Positions 50,643 through 59,724 of a DNA stretch of 64,000 bases are shown here, one piece after another; within the stretch, counting starts at the first letter, position 1, and every line of letters starts with the position of its first letter. Under the pieces are notes generated by a model. It was given only the letters and a program-made list of their open reading frames with translations. It made no database searches and was not told where the DNA came from. The translations under genes and the position numbers were made by a program. Source of the stretch: Longimicrobiales bacterium (GTDB taxonomy: Bacteria; Gemmatimonadota; Gemmatimonadetes; Longimicrobiales; Gaopeijiaceae); contig CBDFIQ010000002.1 of NCBI GenBank assembly GCA_965248195.1, positions 608,001 through 672,000 on the forward strand. Reading direction: 5' to 3'.

Positions 50643-51012
50643 CGCCAACTCTTGCGTGTATGGGCCGAACTCATCCTTCCCGTATTTACGGGTGACGAAG
50701 CCCTTCGCGGGCCTCGGTGAAACGAGCGCTCGTCCGGAAAGTACGGCACATGCGCCGATACTTAGTCGGGCCGGCGCGACCGTGTCAAGATTCGGCTTGG
50801 CAGGGAGACTCAAGTCTCGTCTGAAAACAGCTTGACGGGGGCGTTGGCTTGGACAACCTTTACCGCCTATTCTCAGAATAATCGCGTCTGCCCGCTTCTT
50901 CTTTCGTGGTGAGAACCACGATCCCGACGTGGGGCGCGACCGCGAGTGCCAGGAGGTCGCGAGCTGCGGATCGTCCGCAGTCCCGACCACGACAAAACGG
51001 ATGGAGCAGAAG

Positions 51013-51222
51013 ATGCGTAGCAAAGGAACCGTGAAGTGGTTCAACGATCAGAAGGGGTTCGGATTCATCACTCCGGAAGACGGGACCAAGGATTTGTTTG
51101 TCCACCATAGTGCAATCCAGGCGGAGGGCTTCAAGTCGCTCGCCGAGGGGGAGAGCGTCGAGTTCGACGTGGTGGAGGGAGCCAAAGGTCCCGCCGCTGA
51201 GAACGTTGTGAAGCTTTCGTAG
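51013..51222 (+). CDS. Cold-shock protein (CspA family) 1
   Basis: [22 protein letters not shown]. Confidence 0.98.
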   Translation: MRSKGTVKWFNDQKGFGFITPEDGTKDLFVHHSAIQAEGFKSLAEGESVEFDVVEGAKGPAAENVVKLS

Positions 51223-51248
51223 TTCACGGCTAGAGAGCCGTCAAGGAG

Positions 51249-51300
51249 AAAGGGGTCGCCCCTGTGCACGGCCCCTGTGCACGGGGGTGGCCCTTTTTTC
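51249..51300 (+). terminator. Intrinsic terminator after csp1
   Basis: aaaggggtcgcccc...ggggtggcccctttttt. Confidence 0.8.
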
Positions 51301-51302
51301 TC

Positions 51303-51607
51303 GGAAGGCTATTGAAGGAGTACAGCGGGTCGCGCACAGGGCGCTTGTGCGCGTTCAGACAAGGAACGACGACGAGGCGTAGCAACGCTACGGCGAGGAG
51401 GAGAGACGCAGGATCAACCGCACAACCGCCCTGTGCCCTCCACCATCTAGGGCATGACCTTACACGTTGGTGGGTTGCGGTGGCACGGCCCCATCTCCGT
51501 TGTTGGAGTTCCTAGCCATAGCTACGGCTATGGCGTCGTCGCTCCGCCTAGGAGCTAGGACCGTGGCATCCGCAACGCGGCCCACTGTACTCCTTCAACA
51601 GCCTTCC
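51303..51607. mobile_element. MITE-like element, 305 bp, with 27-bp terminal inverted repeats
   Basis: ggaaggctattgaaggagtacagcggg versus cccactgtactccttcaacagccttcc (2 mismatches); internal hairpins; no transposase; no clear TSD. Confidence 0.75.
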
Positions 51608-52552
51608 AACCCCTTCGAGAGGTTTATGGGTCGACAAGGGGTGACCGTCCTCGACGGTGGGCTGGCCACGTCCTTGGAGGAGCTGGGATATGACCTCGCG
51701 GACGACCTTTGGTCGGCTAAGATCCTTCTCGAAGACCCCGACGCCATTCGGCGCGTGCACACCGATTTTCTCCGGGCGGGAGCCGACTGCGTCACGGCCG
51801 GTACCTACCAGGCGTCGATCCCGGGCTTCGTGGCACGAGGGTTGACTCACGACCACGCGGTGGAGGTTCTGGACCGAGGCGTGAGCCTCGCCGTCGAAGC
51901 GCGGGACGCTTTCTGGGGCGACGCCGCAAATCGCGAGCGCCGGCTGCGTCCGTTGGTGGCCGCGAGCGTCGGACCGTACGGCGCATATCGCGCGGATGGG
52001 TCGGAATATACGGGGGAGTACGGTCTGAGTGACGATGAGCTCCTGGATTTCCACGAAGCTCGTTGGCGGATCCTGGCGGCGAGCGCGGCCGATCTCATGG
52101 CTTGTGAGACCATTCCATCGCTACAGGAAGCGGAGGTGCTCCTTCGACTGTTACGGCGAACCCCCGATCGATGGGCTTGGATGAGCTTCACCTGCCGGGA
52201 CGGCGCGAACCTGAGGGACGGCACCCCTCTTTCGGCGGCGGCAAGGTCCTGCGGTGCCGTGCCGCGCGTCGCGGCGGTCGGCATCAACTGCACACGGCCC
52301 GAGCACGTCCCGGAGCTGATCTCGGTGGTCCGGAACGCGACCGAGAAGCCGATCATCATCTACCCCAACGCGGGGGGCAGATACGACGCCAAGCGAAAGA
52401 CATGGGAAGGCCAACCACCCCGGCGGGACTGGCCGGCGATGGCGGCGGAATGGAGTGACCTGGGCGCTTCGGTGATCGGCGGGTGCTGCCGCGTCGGCCC
52501 GGAGAGCATCTCCCTCATGCGGCGTCGCCTCCTCCCCTCCCCTCACCCATGA
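51563..52552 (+). CDS. mmuM: Homocysteine S-methyltransferase
   Basis: VLDGGLAT, SVGPYGA, GINC, GGCC. Start is GTG 51563 (inside the MITE) or ATG 51626. Confidence 0.92.
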   Translation: MASATRPTVLLQQPSNPFERFMGRQGVTVLDGGLATSLEELGYDLADDLWSAKILLEDPDAIRRVHTDFLRAGADCVTAGTYQASIPGFVARGLTHDHAVEVLDRGVSLAVEARDAFWGDAANRERRLRPLVAASVGPYGAYRADGSEYTGEYGLSDDELLDFHEARWRILAASAADLMACETIPSLQEAEVLLRLLRRTPDRWAWMSFTCRDGANLRDGTPLSAAARSCGAVPRVAAVGINCTRPEHVPELISVVRNATEKPIIIYPNAGGRYDAKRKTWEGQPPRRDWPAMAAEWSDLGASVIGGCCRVGPESISLMRRRLLPSPHP

Positions 52553-53004
52553 CGGACATCTACGTCGACGCGGACGCGTGCCCGGTCAAGGACGAAGTCT
52601 ATCGCGTTGCCCAGCGGTACGGCCTCAGAGTGCTGTTGGTCGCCAACGCCTGGCTGCGAGCTCCGAACGAGGAGTGGCTCGAGGTGGTCGTCGTCGGAGA
52701 GGAGCTCGACGCCGCCGACGCATGGATCGTCGAGCACGTCACCGAAAACGATATCGTCGTCTCAGCCGATATCCCGTTGGCCGCCTTGTGCCTGGAGAAG
52801 GGCGCGGGCGTCCTCGGACCCAGAGGGCGTCCCTTCACCGAGGATTCGATCGGCGATGCACTGGCGACACGGGAGCTGATGTCTCAGCTCCGCGAAATGG
52901 GGGAGGTCTCCGGAGGGCCACCTCCCTTCGAGAAGCGGGACCGGTCACAGTTTCTCCAAGCTCTGGATCGAATGGTGCACACGATTCGGAAACGACGTCA
53001 GTAA
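52549..53004 (+). CDS. YaiI/YqxD family protein (DUF188)
   Basis: IYVDADACPVK, DAAD, DIPLA; ATGA coupling. Confidence 0.95.
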   Translation: MTDIYVDADACPVKDEVYRVAQRYGLRVLLVANAWLRAPNEEWLEVVVVGEELDAADAWIVEHVTENDIVVSADIPLAALCLEKGAGVLGPRGRPFTEDSIGDALATRELMSQLREMGEVSGGPPPFEKRDRSQFLQALDRMVHTIRKRRQ

Positions 53005-53588
53005 GGCGGAACTGGGTATGCACTGGCGTGGACCCGGCACAGCCGTCCTTTGGACGCTCGTGCGACATGATATTTCGCGACCAGTCGAGCGAACTCTTCG
53101 GTTAGCTCGGCCGCGAAGGCGGTCTGTGATTCTTGAGACTTGAAGCGGATGTCGGCCTGAAGTGCCAGAGTCTGGGCATCGTCGTTCGGATGGCCGGTTC
53201 GGTACTGAAGGCCGGCGAGCTCCTGAATCATCTGTGACGCGACCGCCAACAGGTAGCCGGCCGAGGCCTTGTCTTCTATTCGCTCAGGATCCGCCCCGAG
53301 CTTGCCGAGTGCGGCGGGACTAATCAGGTAGGATCGGCCCACGGCTTGCACCAATCTTTCTATGCAGTTTCTCACCCTCCGCTCTCCGACGAGCTTGACG
53401 AGACCTTGCCCCTCGAGCTGTCGGACGTGGTAATTCACTTGTTGCCGAGGCACCCCGATCCGGCGCGCCAGACCCGCAGCCGACTCGGGCTCGGCAAGCT
53501 CGCGGAGTATCTCGAGCCGAAGGGGGTGGAGGGCGGACGTCGCTGCTTCTCCCTCGTCGATGACATGTACCGCTGGATTCATAAACAT
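52998..53588 (-). CDS. ArsR-like winged-helix transcriptional regulator
   Basis: LHPLRLEIL...SAAGLARRIG.PRQQVNYHVRQLE. Confidence 0.9.
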   Translation of the reverse strand: MFMNPAVHVIDEGEAATSALHPLRLEILRELAEPESAAGLARRIGVPRQQVNYHVRQLEGQGLVKLVGERRVRNCIERLVQAVGRSYLISPAALGKLGADPERIEDKASAGYLLAVASQMIQELAGLQYRTGHPNDDAQTLALQADIRFKSQESQTAFAAELTEEFARLVAKYHVARASKGRLCRVHASAYPVPPY

Positions 53589-53630
53589 TCTCGCATTCCT
53601 GAAGGTAAACGATCACACCCACAAGAATAT

Positions 53631-53642
53631 TTGTCAAGACAA
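53631..53642. promoter_or_regulatory. Palindromic candidate operator TTGTC-AA-GACAA overlapping a minus-strand TTGACA
   Basis: About 45 bp upstream of the HTH gene. Confidence 0.45.
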
Positions 53643-53900
53643 TAGTGAGAGTCGTCACAATCGTTTCATGGCCTGCGATTTCTGATGGCGCGGTGGAAAA
53701 AGGACAAAGTCTTAGGTAGCAGGCCCTTGACCAGGGCGGCCTCCGTCGCAACCCTAACGGTGTTTCCCGGCGGATGCCGGGGAAATTTCCCACGACTCGG
53801 TTGTCGTGGTACCCAGCGCGGGGGACGTTCCGTGCGTGTTATGTGGTCAGGCAGTACGGATCTTCCGGACTCCGACAATGACCACCAAAGGAGTTGGACG

Positions 53901-54107
53901 ATGCGTACGAGAGGGACTGTAAAGTGGTTCAACGATCAGAAGGGCTTCGGATTCATTACGCCGGAGGACAACAGCAAGGATTGCTTTGTCCACCACTCCG
54001 CCATCCAAGCAGAGGGTTTTAAGACCCTGAACGAGGGTGACGCGGTGGAGTTCGAGATTGTGGAAGGGCAGAAGGGTCCAGCTGCGGAGAACGTTGTTCG
54101 ACTTTAG
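53901..54107 (+). CDS. Cold-shock protein (CspA family) 2
   Basis: [25 protein letters not shown] aaggag. Confidence 0.98.
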   Translation: MRTRGTVKWFNDQKGFGFITPEDNSKDCFVHHSAIQAEGFKTLNEGDAVEFEIVEGQKGPAAENVVRL

Positions 54108-54137
54108 CCAGTCCAGATAGCCAAAAAGATCAAGCCG

Positions 54138-54177
54138 AGGGCCGCTCCGATTCGTCGGAGCGGCCCTTCGTTTTTTC
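54138..54177 (+). terminator. Intrinsic terminator after csp2
   Basis: gagggccgctccga-ttcg-tcggagcggccctt followed by cgtttttt. Confidence 0.85.
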
Positions 54178-54183
54178 GACGCC

Positions 54184-54777
54184 TTAGTTGCTCGAAGCGT
54201 ACAGCGCGGCGTGAAGGACCAGGCCCCGCTTGACCGCTTCGGCCGTGACCTCGGCGAAGTAGAACGGCATCGAGCCCAACTCGCTCGACGAAAGGCCGTC
54301 GAGCGCTCTCTCGGGGTCGTCGCCGTGGCGCATCCCCACAAATCCCTCCATCAGCCCGGCCTCCGTCGCCTTCGTCACCCACGGCCTACTCTCGGCCGTG
54401 GCTTTGGTCATGATCGCGCTCATCACCACGCCGTCTCGGTCCAAGGTCAGTCCGACCTCTACCGGGCCATGCTGTGTGTTGGCTTGCGGAAAGAGCACCA
54501 CTCCGACCACGCGCCCGGCGGCGTCTGTGCCGTAGTAGAAATTGTACTCCGGGTCATCGAGCTTGAACGAGATTTCTTCCCGGATACTCGCGAGGGCGTC
54601 ACGGCCGATCTCGACTGTGCGGACGAAAAAGTCGTCGGCGTCGTCCAGCGTACGCCGGATCACGTCGGCCTGCTCCGTCAGCACGACCGTCGGTGTGATG
54701 TGCGGTGCCGCGGCAGTCGTTGCGCCCATGAAGATCGCGCCGATTGCAAGGCCCATCGCCGTTTTAAAGAGTCTCAT
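54184..54777 (-). CDS. Secreted hypothetical protein, distantly FMN_bind/RnfG-like
   Basis: Signal peptide then HITPTVVL; TQHGPVEVGLTLDRDG; ATGA coupling to the upstream gene. Confidence 0.6.
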   Translation of the reverse strand: MRLFKTAMGLAIGAIFMGATTAAAPHITPTVVLTEQADVIRRTLDDADDFFVRTVEIGRDALASIREEISFKLDDPEYNFYYGTDAAGRVVGVVLFPQANTQHGPVEVGLTLDRDGVVMSAIMTKATAESRPWVTKATEAGLMEGFVGMRHGDDPERALDGLSSSELGSMPFYFAEVTAEAVKRGLVLHAALYASSN

Positions 54778-55358
54778 GCGTTTCTCCTCAGTCTTTGGTT
54801 ATATCCGAATGTGGATCGAGTGGTTCCGACGAGGACCACCACATAGACGGCCATCATCGTCCAACCCGAGAGGATAGTGAGCCAGGCGAATCCACCCAGC
54901 CCGGCCTTCATCAACCATTGCCCTGAGAAGTCGAGCGCGGCCGAGGCGAACGCGGCGACGATCACCGTGTCGCGCCACCAGGCAGGCCACCCCAAGCCCA
55001 GGACGATCAGTGTCTGAAGTGCCGCCAGGACAGCGAACATCATGAGGTGAACGTGGCTGTCCTGGATCAACAGGTCCGTGTCGATCTGGTGTCCCGTTTC
55101 CTGCATCTCGTCGAAATTGAACGGTACCGACCGTGAGCTGGACTCGTCGGGCAGGGTGGCCTCGTCGACTGTCGTCGGCATGAATGTGTCACGGACATCC
55201 GTAGGCGTTAGCCCTGCGTACTCGCGCACCATCAGGAACGCGAAGATGTAGCCGTATCCGAGCAGAAGCATGAACAAGAGGGCGCCGATTCGGACCGACC
55301 GATCCGCTTCGCGCAAGCTGTACAGGCCCGTCCCCCGGGACCCCGCTTCGGAAGTCAA
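54774..55358 (-). CDS. Four-TM membrane protein with an SHVHL motif
   Basis: TTG start after aggagg; LIQDSHVHLMMF. Confidence 0.7.
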   Translation of the reverse strand: MTSEAGSRGTGLYSLREADRSVRIGALLFMLLLGYGYIFAFLMVREYAGLTPTDVRDTFMPTTVDEATLPDESSSRSVPFNFDEMQETGHQIDTDLLIQDSHVHLMMFAVLAALQTLIVLGLGWPAWWRDTVIVAAFASAALDFSGQWLMKAGLGGFAWLTILSGWTMMAVYVVVLVGTTRSTFGYNQRLRRNA

Positions 55359-55389
55359 GGTCGCCTCCTGGAGCCGGGGAGCACCGGGA

Positions 55390-56598
55390 TCAAAACGTGG
55401 CGACGAGCTGCAGGACGTACCGGAGGTTCCAGTCGTCCAGCCCACCGTCAGTCTCGAAAAAGTCTATGTTCGACTGATCCAGCCGAACCTCGCCGCGAAG
55501 CTGGAATCGGGGGATGCGGAACGTGGTGTGCTCGACGTTCGAGAAAATCCCGTTTCGGCCCGTACCGATGAAGTAGACGGGCGCCAAGCTGAGCGATTTG
55601 AGCTTCTGTGCCTCGCCCGTACGCGCGCCATCCCTGTCGTCGAAGATTTCGCCACGAAGCGTCACACCGAACCGTCGGTGAAGGCGCCCGAAGACCGTGA
55701 GGGTGCCACCGACCCAGTGGTTGTCCGCGCCCTGAAGGTGGTCAGCACCCCAATTCGCCTCGCCCCCGAGGATCAGATCATTGACGGGCTCCCATGAGTA
55801 GTCCACTGAGATCACGCTGCGGTCGTTGACCTCATCGTGCTCACCCTCCGGTCCGAACGTACCCCCGACGCCGAGGCTCGAGTTCTCGCTGGGGAGGATT
55901 CCGACCCGACCTGCAATCGTCTTTCCGCGGTTGGGGTCGATTTGCGACTCCCACCCATTGGTGACCATGAGGAGCAGGTTCAGCCGCGGATTGAGGTTCC
56001 AGCGTCCGCCGAGGCCGATCAGCTTGATCGGGCGCCCGAACTCGAAGTTGAAGCTCGTCGTGGACTGCAGGTTGAGCGGCTCGTCGTCGCGCTCGAAGCC
56101 CAGCGGAGAATCGATCTTCCCTAGGAAAAAGCTGAGGCCCGGTGCACCCGGCGGAGTGAAGTTCACGAGGAAGTTGTCGATCTCGATCTCGGCGACGACA
56201 CCCTCTCCGCCTTCTTCGCCCTCCGCCTCCTCGCCGCCGCCCGCTTCGGCTTCTTCATCGTGCCCACCAGCTTCCTGGTGCCCCCCGAGCAGTGTGGTTA
56301 GCTGGCCGAACATCCATAAGCTCTCTGACAGCTCTCGGAACAAAGAAGTGGCGAACTTGCTGGCCAGGAACGTGTTGTCGTCGGTGCGCCCGTCGAGTGT
56401 GTATCCGCCAGTACCGAACCCCGTGATCTGGAGGGGCAACCCGGTCTCGCCGGTCAGTTGCTCGAGCGACTGGCCCGCTCCGAGGTCGAGTGGTCGGTCC
56501 TGTGCCGCGACGTCGGGGGTTGCCATCTGAATTGTGAGGCCCAGAGAGAAGGCCATCGCCAACCCGCAGGGGATACCGCCAAGTGTGAAAGTTTTCAT
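55390..56598 (-). CDS. Outer-membrane beta-barrel/porin with a His/acidic loop
   Basis: Signal peptide; GHQEAGGHDEEAE; GKIDSPLGFE; C-terminal LVATF. Confidence 0.8.
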   Translation of the reverse strand: MKTFTLGGIPCGLAMAFSLGLTIQMATPDVAAQDRPLDLGAGQSLEQLTGETGLPLQITGFGTGGYTLDGRTDDNTFLASKFATSLFRELSESLWMFGQLTTLLGGHQEAGGHDEEAEAGGGEEAEGEEGGEGVVAEIEIDNFLVNFTPPGAPGLSFFLGKIDSPLGFERDDEPLNLQSTTSFNFEFGRPIKLIGLGGRWNLNPRLNLLLMVTNGWESQIDPNRGKTIAGRVGILPSENSSLGVGGTFGPEGEHDEVNDRSVISVDYSWEPVNDLILGGEANWGADHLQGADNHWVGGTLTVFGRLHRRFGVTLRGEIFDDRDGARTGEAQKLKSLSLAPVYFIGTGRNGIFSNVEHTTFRIPRFQLRGEVRLDQSNIDFFETDGGLDDWNLRYVLQLVATF

Positions 56599-56659
56599 GT
56601 ACCTCTCCGTCAGTCCCACCGCCGAGCACGGCGATAGGTGCGATTTTCTTGTCGCCAGG

Positions 56660-56688
56660 AAAAGCGGATCGGCGAATGGCCGATCCGC
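56660..56688 (-). terminator. Terminator-like hairpin between the leader ORF and the porin
   Basis: Minus strand gcggatcggc-cattc-gccgatccgc-tttt (perfect 10-bp stem). Confidence 0.6.
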
Positions 56689-56838
56689 CCCTACCGACGA
56701 CCCTGTGCCGGCCCACGCGAACGTGGACGGGCGCAAACGGATGCGGACGGGGCGCACACGGATGGCGAGCGGGCGCACACGGATACCGTGTACGGCCAAC
56801 CGGCTTGAGATTTCGAGCCTTGCCTTTGGCTCGATCGG

Positions 56839-57279
56839 TTAGGAGCTGTGAGGTGGTGGTTGGGGAAGCGGAGCGACGTACGCGTTTTGGCGGGTGTCGA
56901 GGAGGGTTGTATGTAGCCTCTCCACGACGTTCAGTGCGGTGAAAGAAAGCGGCTGAGTGTAGATCCGGCCGGGTGAGAAAGAATCTCCGGACTCGGCATC
57001 ACACGCATTCAAGCACGAACAGAGAGCCTTGTCGTGCTCTGACTCCGAGTCGGCGGGTGTGGCATCTCCGTGGGGAATCCCACCAGGGATGACTTCCGTG
57101 GACATCCCGGGTTGCGCATGTCCCGCAGAGTCCAAACTCGTGTGGTGTGGGCATGGGCTGAACCCCTGGCCGACCATGCCCAGTAGGAAGACCGCGAGGG
57201 TTGAGATATGGAGTACCGTGCCCCTCCGGGGGTCCCCCGTCGGGGGATAAACACGGCTGGGTTGCCGATGGCTGAACAA
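56839..57279 (-). CDS. DUF2946-like Cys/His-rich leader protein ending in LPQPPP
   Basis: TTG start 6 nt after aggag; hydrophobic segment; CPHH; CSCLNAC; APLPQPPPHSS. Confidence 0.65.
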   Translation of the reverse strand: MFSHRQPSRVYPPTGDPRRGTVLHISTLAVFLLGMVGQGFSPCPHHTSLDSAGHAQPGMSTEVIPGGIPHGDATPADSESEHDKALCSCLNACDAESGDSFSPGRIYTQPLSFTALNVVERLHTTLLDTRQNAYVAPLPQPPPHSS

Positions 57280-57397
57280 GTCCAACTCCTGCAGTTCTGT
57301 TGACCGATGTACTATATCGGACACCCCTCTCTGCCAACGTACGTGAGACACGGAGCACGCAAAGAATTAGAGTAGGGCGAAGGCAGAGAAAACGAAC

Positions 57398-57847
57398 ATG
57401 TTGGGACTGCGAGAGAGAATGGAAGAGAATGGTAGTGCCCCTGGAATCGGGGAGGCCAAGCGAAGCGCGGCAGCTCCTGCGGACCCGGAGGTAGTAGATA
57501 GGCCGCTACGCCGGCGGTTCAGTCCATCGTACAAGCTGCGGATCGTCGAAGAAGCGGACCGGTGCACCGAGCCCGGCGAGGTGGGTCAGCTCCTGCGGCG
57601 CGAGGGCCTGTACTCGTCGCACCTGACGACGTGGCGCAAGGCGGCGCATAGCGGGTCGCTGAAGGCCCTGTCGAAGAAACGCGGCCGCAAGCCGGAGCGG
57701 AATCCGCTGGATGAGAAGGTACGCAAGCTGGAGCGGCAAAACGCACGGCTCGAGAATGAGCTCAGGAAGGCACACCTGATCATCGACGTGCAGGGAAAAG
57801 TTGCGGGGCTGCTGGGGATAAGCCTCGACGACGGGACGAACTCTTGA
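57398..57847 (+). CDS. IS3 transposase OrfA
   Basis: RRRFSPSYKLRIV, LRREGLYSSHL; slippery GGGAAAA near 57793 with an open -1 frame into OrfB. Confidence 0.93.
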   Translation: MLGLRERMEENGSAPGIGEAKRSAAAPADPEVVDRPLRRRFSPSYKLRIVEEADRCTEPGEVGQLLRREGLYSSHLTTWRKAAHSGSLKALSKKRGRKPERNPLDEKVRKLERQNARLENELRKAHLIIDVQGKVAGLLGISLDDGTNS

Positions 57848-58851
57848 AGGCGGCCGATGAGCTGGCTAAGCACGTCGGTGTAAAACCGGCGTGCGCGGCT
57901 CTCGAGGTCTCCCGATCGACGTTCTACCGTCGTCGAGGCCCATCGACCGGGCAACGGCAGCCCCGCCCGACGCCCGCCCGGGCATTGAGCGAGACGGAAC
58001 GAGGCGAGGTCTTCGACACGCTGTGTTCGGAGCGGTTCGTGGACCGCTCACCCGCCGAGGTGGTGGCCACGCTGCTCGACGAAGAGGTCTACCTGTGCAG
58101 CGAACGCACGATGTATCGTGTTCTGGCCTCCGAGGTGCCGGTTCAGGAACGCCGGGCGCAGCGCACCCATCCCGAGTACAAGAAGCCCGAGTTGATGGCC
58201 ACGGCGCCGAACCAGGTGTGGTCCTGGGATATCACGCGGCTACTCGGGCCGAAGAAGTGGAGCTATTACTACCTCTACGTCATCATGGACATCTACAGCC
58301 GCTACGTCGTGGGCTGGATGGTGGCGGACCGGGAGAACTCGGCCCTGGCCGGCCGGTTGATCCAGCAGAGCTGCCTGAAGCATGGCGTCCAGCCCCGGGT
58401 CCTGACCCTGCACTCGGATCGGGGAGCTCCAATGACGAGCCAATGCACCGCTCAACTTCTCGCTGACCTCGGCGTGACTCGCTCGTTGAGCCGGCCTCAG
58501 GTGTCGGATGACAACCCGTTTTCCGAGGCTCAGTTCAAAACCTTGAAGTACCATCCCTCGTTTCCCGGGCGGTTCGGGGATCAGGGCCAGGCCAAGACGT
58601 TGTGTCGATCGTTCTTCCGCTGGTACAATGCCGAGCACCGCCATGGCGGTATCTCGATGCTAACCCCCGAGCAGGTCCACTTCGGGAACGCCGATCAGGT
58701 CATTGCCGGCAGGAAATCCGTGCTCCGCGAAGCATGGGCCGCTCATCCCGAACGCTTCGTCACAGGTGTGCCGAAGCCCAAACCGCTCCCGGAGGCCGTC
58801 TACATCAATCCTCCCATCCCTTCCCTCACCACACAGGATATTGCTCTCTAA
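57844..58851 (+). CDS. IS3 transposase OrfB (DDE integrase core)
   Basis: PNQVWSWDIT, HSDRG, DNPFSEAQFKTLK. Confidence 0.96.
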   Translation: MKAADELAKHVGVKPACAALEVSRSTFYRRRGPSTGQRQPRPTPARALSETERGEVFDTLCSERFVDRSPAEVVATLLDEEVYLCSERTMYRVLASEVPVQERRAQRTHPEYKKPELMATAPNQVWSWDITRLLGPKKWSYYYLYVIMDIYSRYVVGWMVADRENSALAGRLIQQSCLKHGVQPRVLTLHSDRGAPMTSQCTAQLLADLGVTRSLSRPQVSDDNPFSEAQFKTLKYHPSFPGRFGDQGQAKTLCRSFFRWYNAEHRHGGISMLTPEQVHFGNADQVIAGRKSVLREAWAAHPERFVTGVPKPKPLPEAVYINPPIPSLTTQDIAL

Positions 58852-59160
58852 TTAATCCCGTAGAGTGTCCCATTGTCGTTGACAGGTTCCGCACCGTCTC
58901 ATGCATTTCTGTTGACCGACGGAAGGTATCGGACACCATTCCCTCGGTAAAGCCACCAAGAGGCGACGAGCCGGCTGCACGAAACGTCGAGCGGTTCCAC
59001 TCCCGAGTGGCGCAATGGTTTCAGATCGTACAACTTCGGAGCGCCGTGAGGCTCGTGGCTCGAAGTGTGGTGTGGCTGGAAAGTTCCGGATGGTATTTGA
59101 GGTTTAGCTGCCGCCGTGAGAGGAGCGAAGCTCTACTCTGACCCCGACTCGGGAGGACCC

Positions 59161-59724
59161 ATGGTTACCATCGGTGCACTCTGGCTCCCCATCCTGCTTT
59201 CTGCCATCGCGGTGTGGGTGGCGAGTGCGCTCTTCTGGACCGTCATGCCACACCATAAGTCGGACTACGCGAAGCTCCCCGATGAGGATGCGGCCCGTCG
59301 GGCGCTGACCCCTCAGGCGCTCATTCCCGGCCAGTACATGATCCCCCACGCTGTCACGCACAGGGATCTCCAGGACCCGGAGACCACTCGTAAGTTCGAG
59401 GAGGGTCCGGTGGGCTTTTTCACGGTCCTGCCTCCGGGTGTTCCGACCATGGGGAGCAAGATCATGCTGTCGTTCGTCTTCTATTTCGTGATCAGCATCG
59501 TTGTGGCGTACCTGGCGAGTCGTACGCTCGACCCGGGTGCCGAATACCTCGCCGTGTTCAGGGTCACCGGCACGGTGGCCTCGCTGGCCTACGGCACTGC
59601 CACGGTTCCGGACGCGATCTGGTTCGGGCGGCCGTGGTCCGGAATCGTCAAAGGGCTGCTGGACGCACTCGTGTTCGGTCTCTTGACGGCTGGGTTCTTC
59701 GGCTGGCTTTGGCCGGCCGGATGA
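59161..59724 (+). CDS. Hypothetical four-TM membrane protein
   Basis: RBS ggagga; LWLPILLSA...HHKSDY. Confidence 0.8.
   Translation: MVTIGALWLPILLSAIAVWVASALFWTVMPHHKSDYAKLPDEDAARRALTPQALIPGQYMIPHAVTHRDLQDPETTRKFEEGPVGFFTVLPPGVPTMGSKIMLSFVFYFVISIVVAYLASRTLDPGAEYLAVFRVTGTVASLAYGTATVPDAIWFGRPWSGIVKGLLDALVFGLLTAGFFGWLWPAG

Larger units (their letters stand above)
57332..58884 (+). mobile_element. IS3 family element
   Basis: Ends TGCCAACGTACGTGAGACA and TGTCCCATTGTCGTTGACA; the right end may extend to 58893; no TSD seen. Confidence 0.9.

Noticed and set aside
51303..51607. SAM riboswitch upstream of mmuM
   Set aside because: No recognisable SAM-I or SAM-II core; terminal inverted repeats explain the region better.
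57295..57325. dif/Xer site
   Set aside because: There is partial resemblance (ccgata...gtcaa), but the spacing is one base short and the XerD TTAT core is absent.
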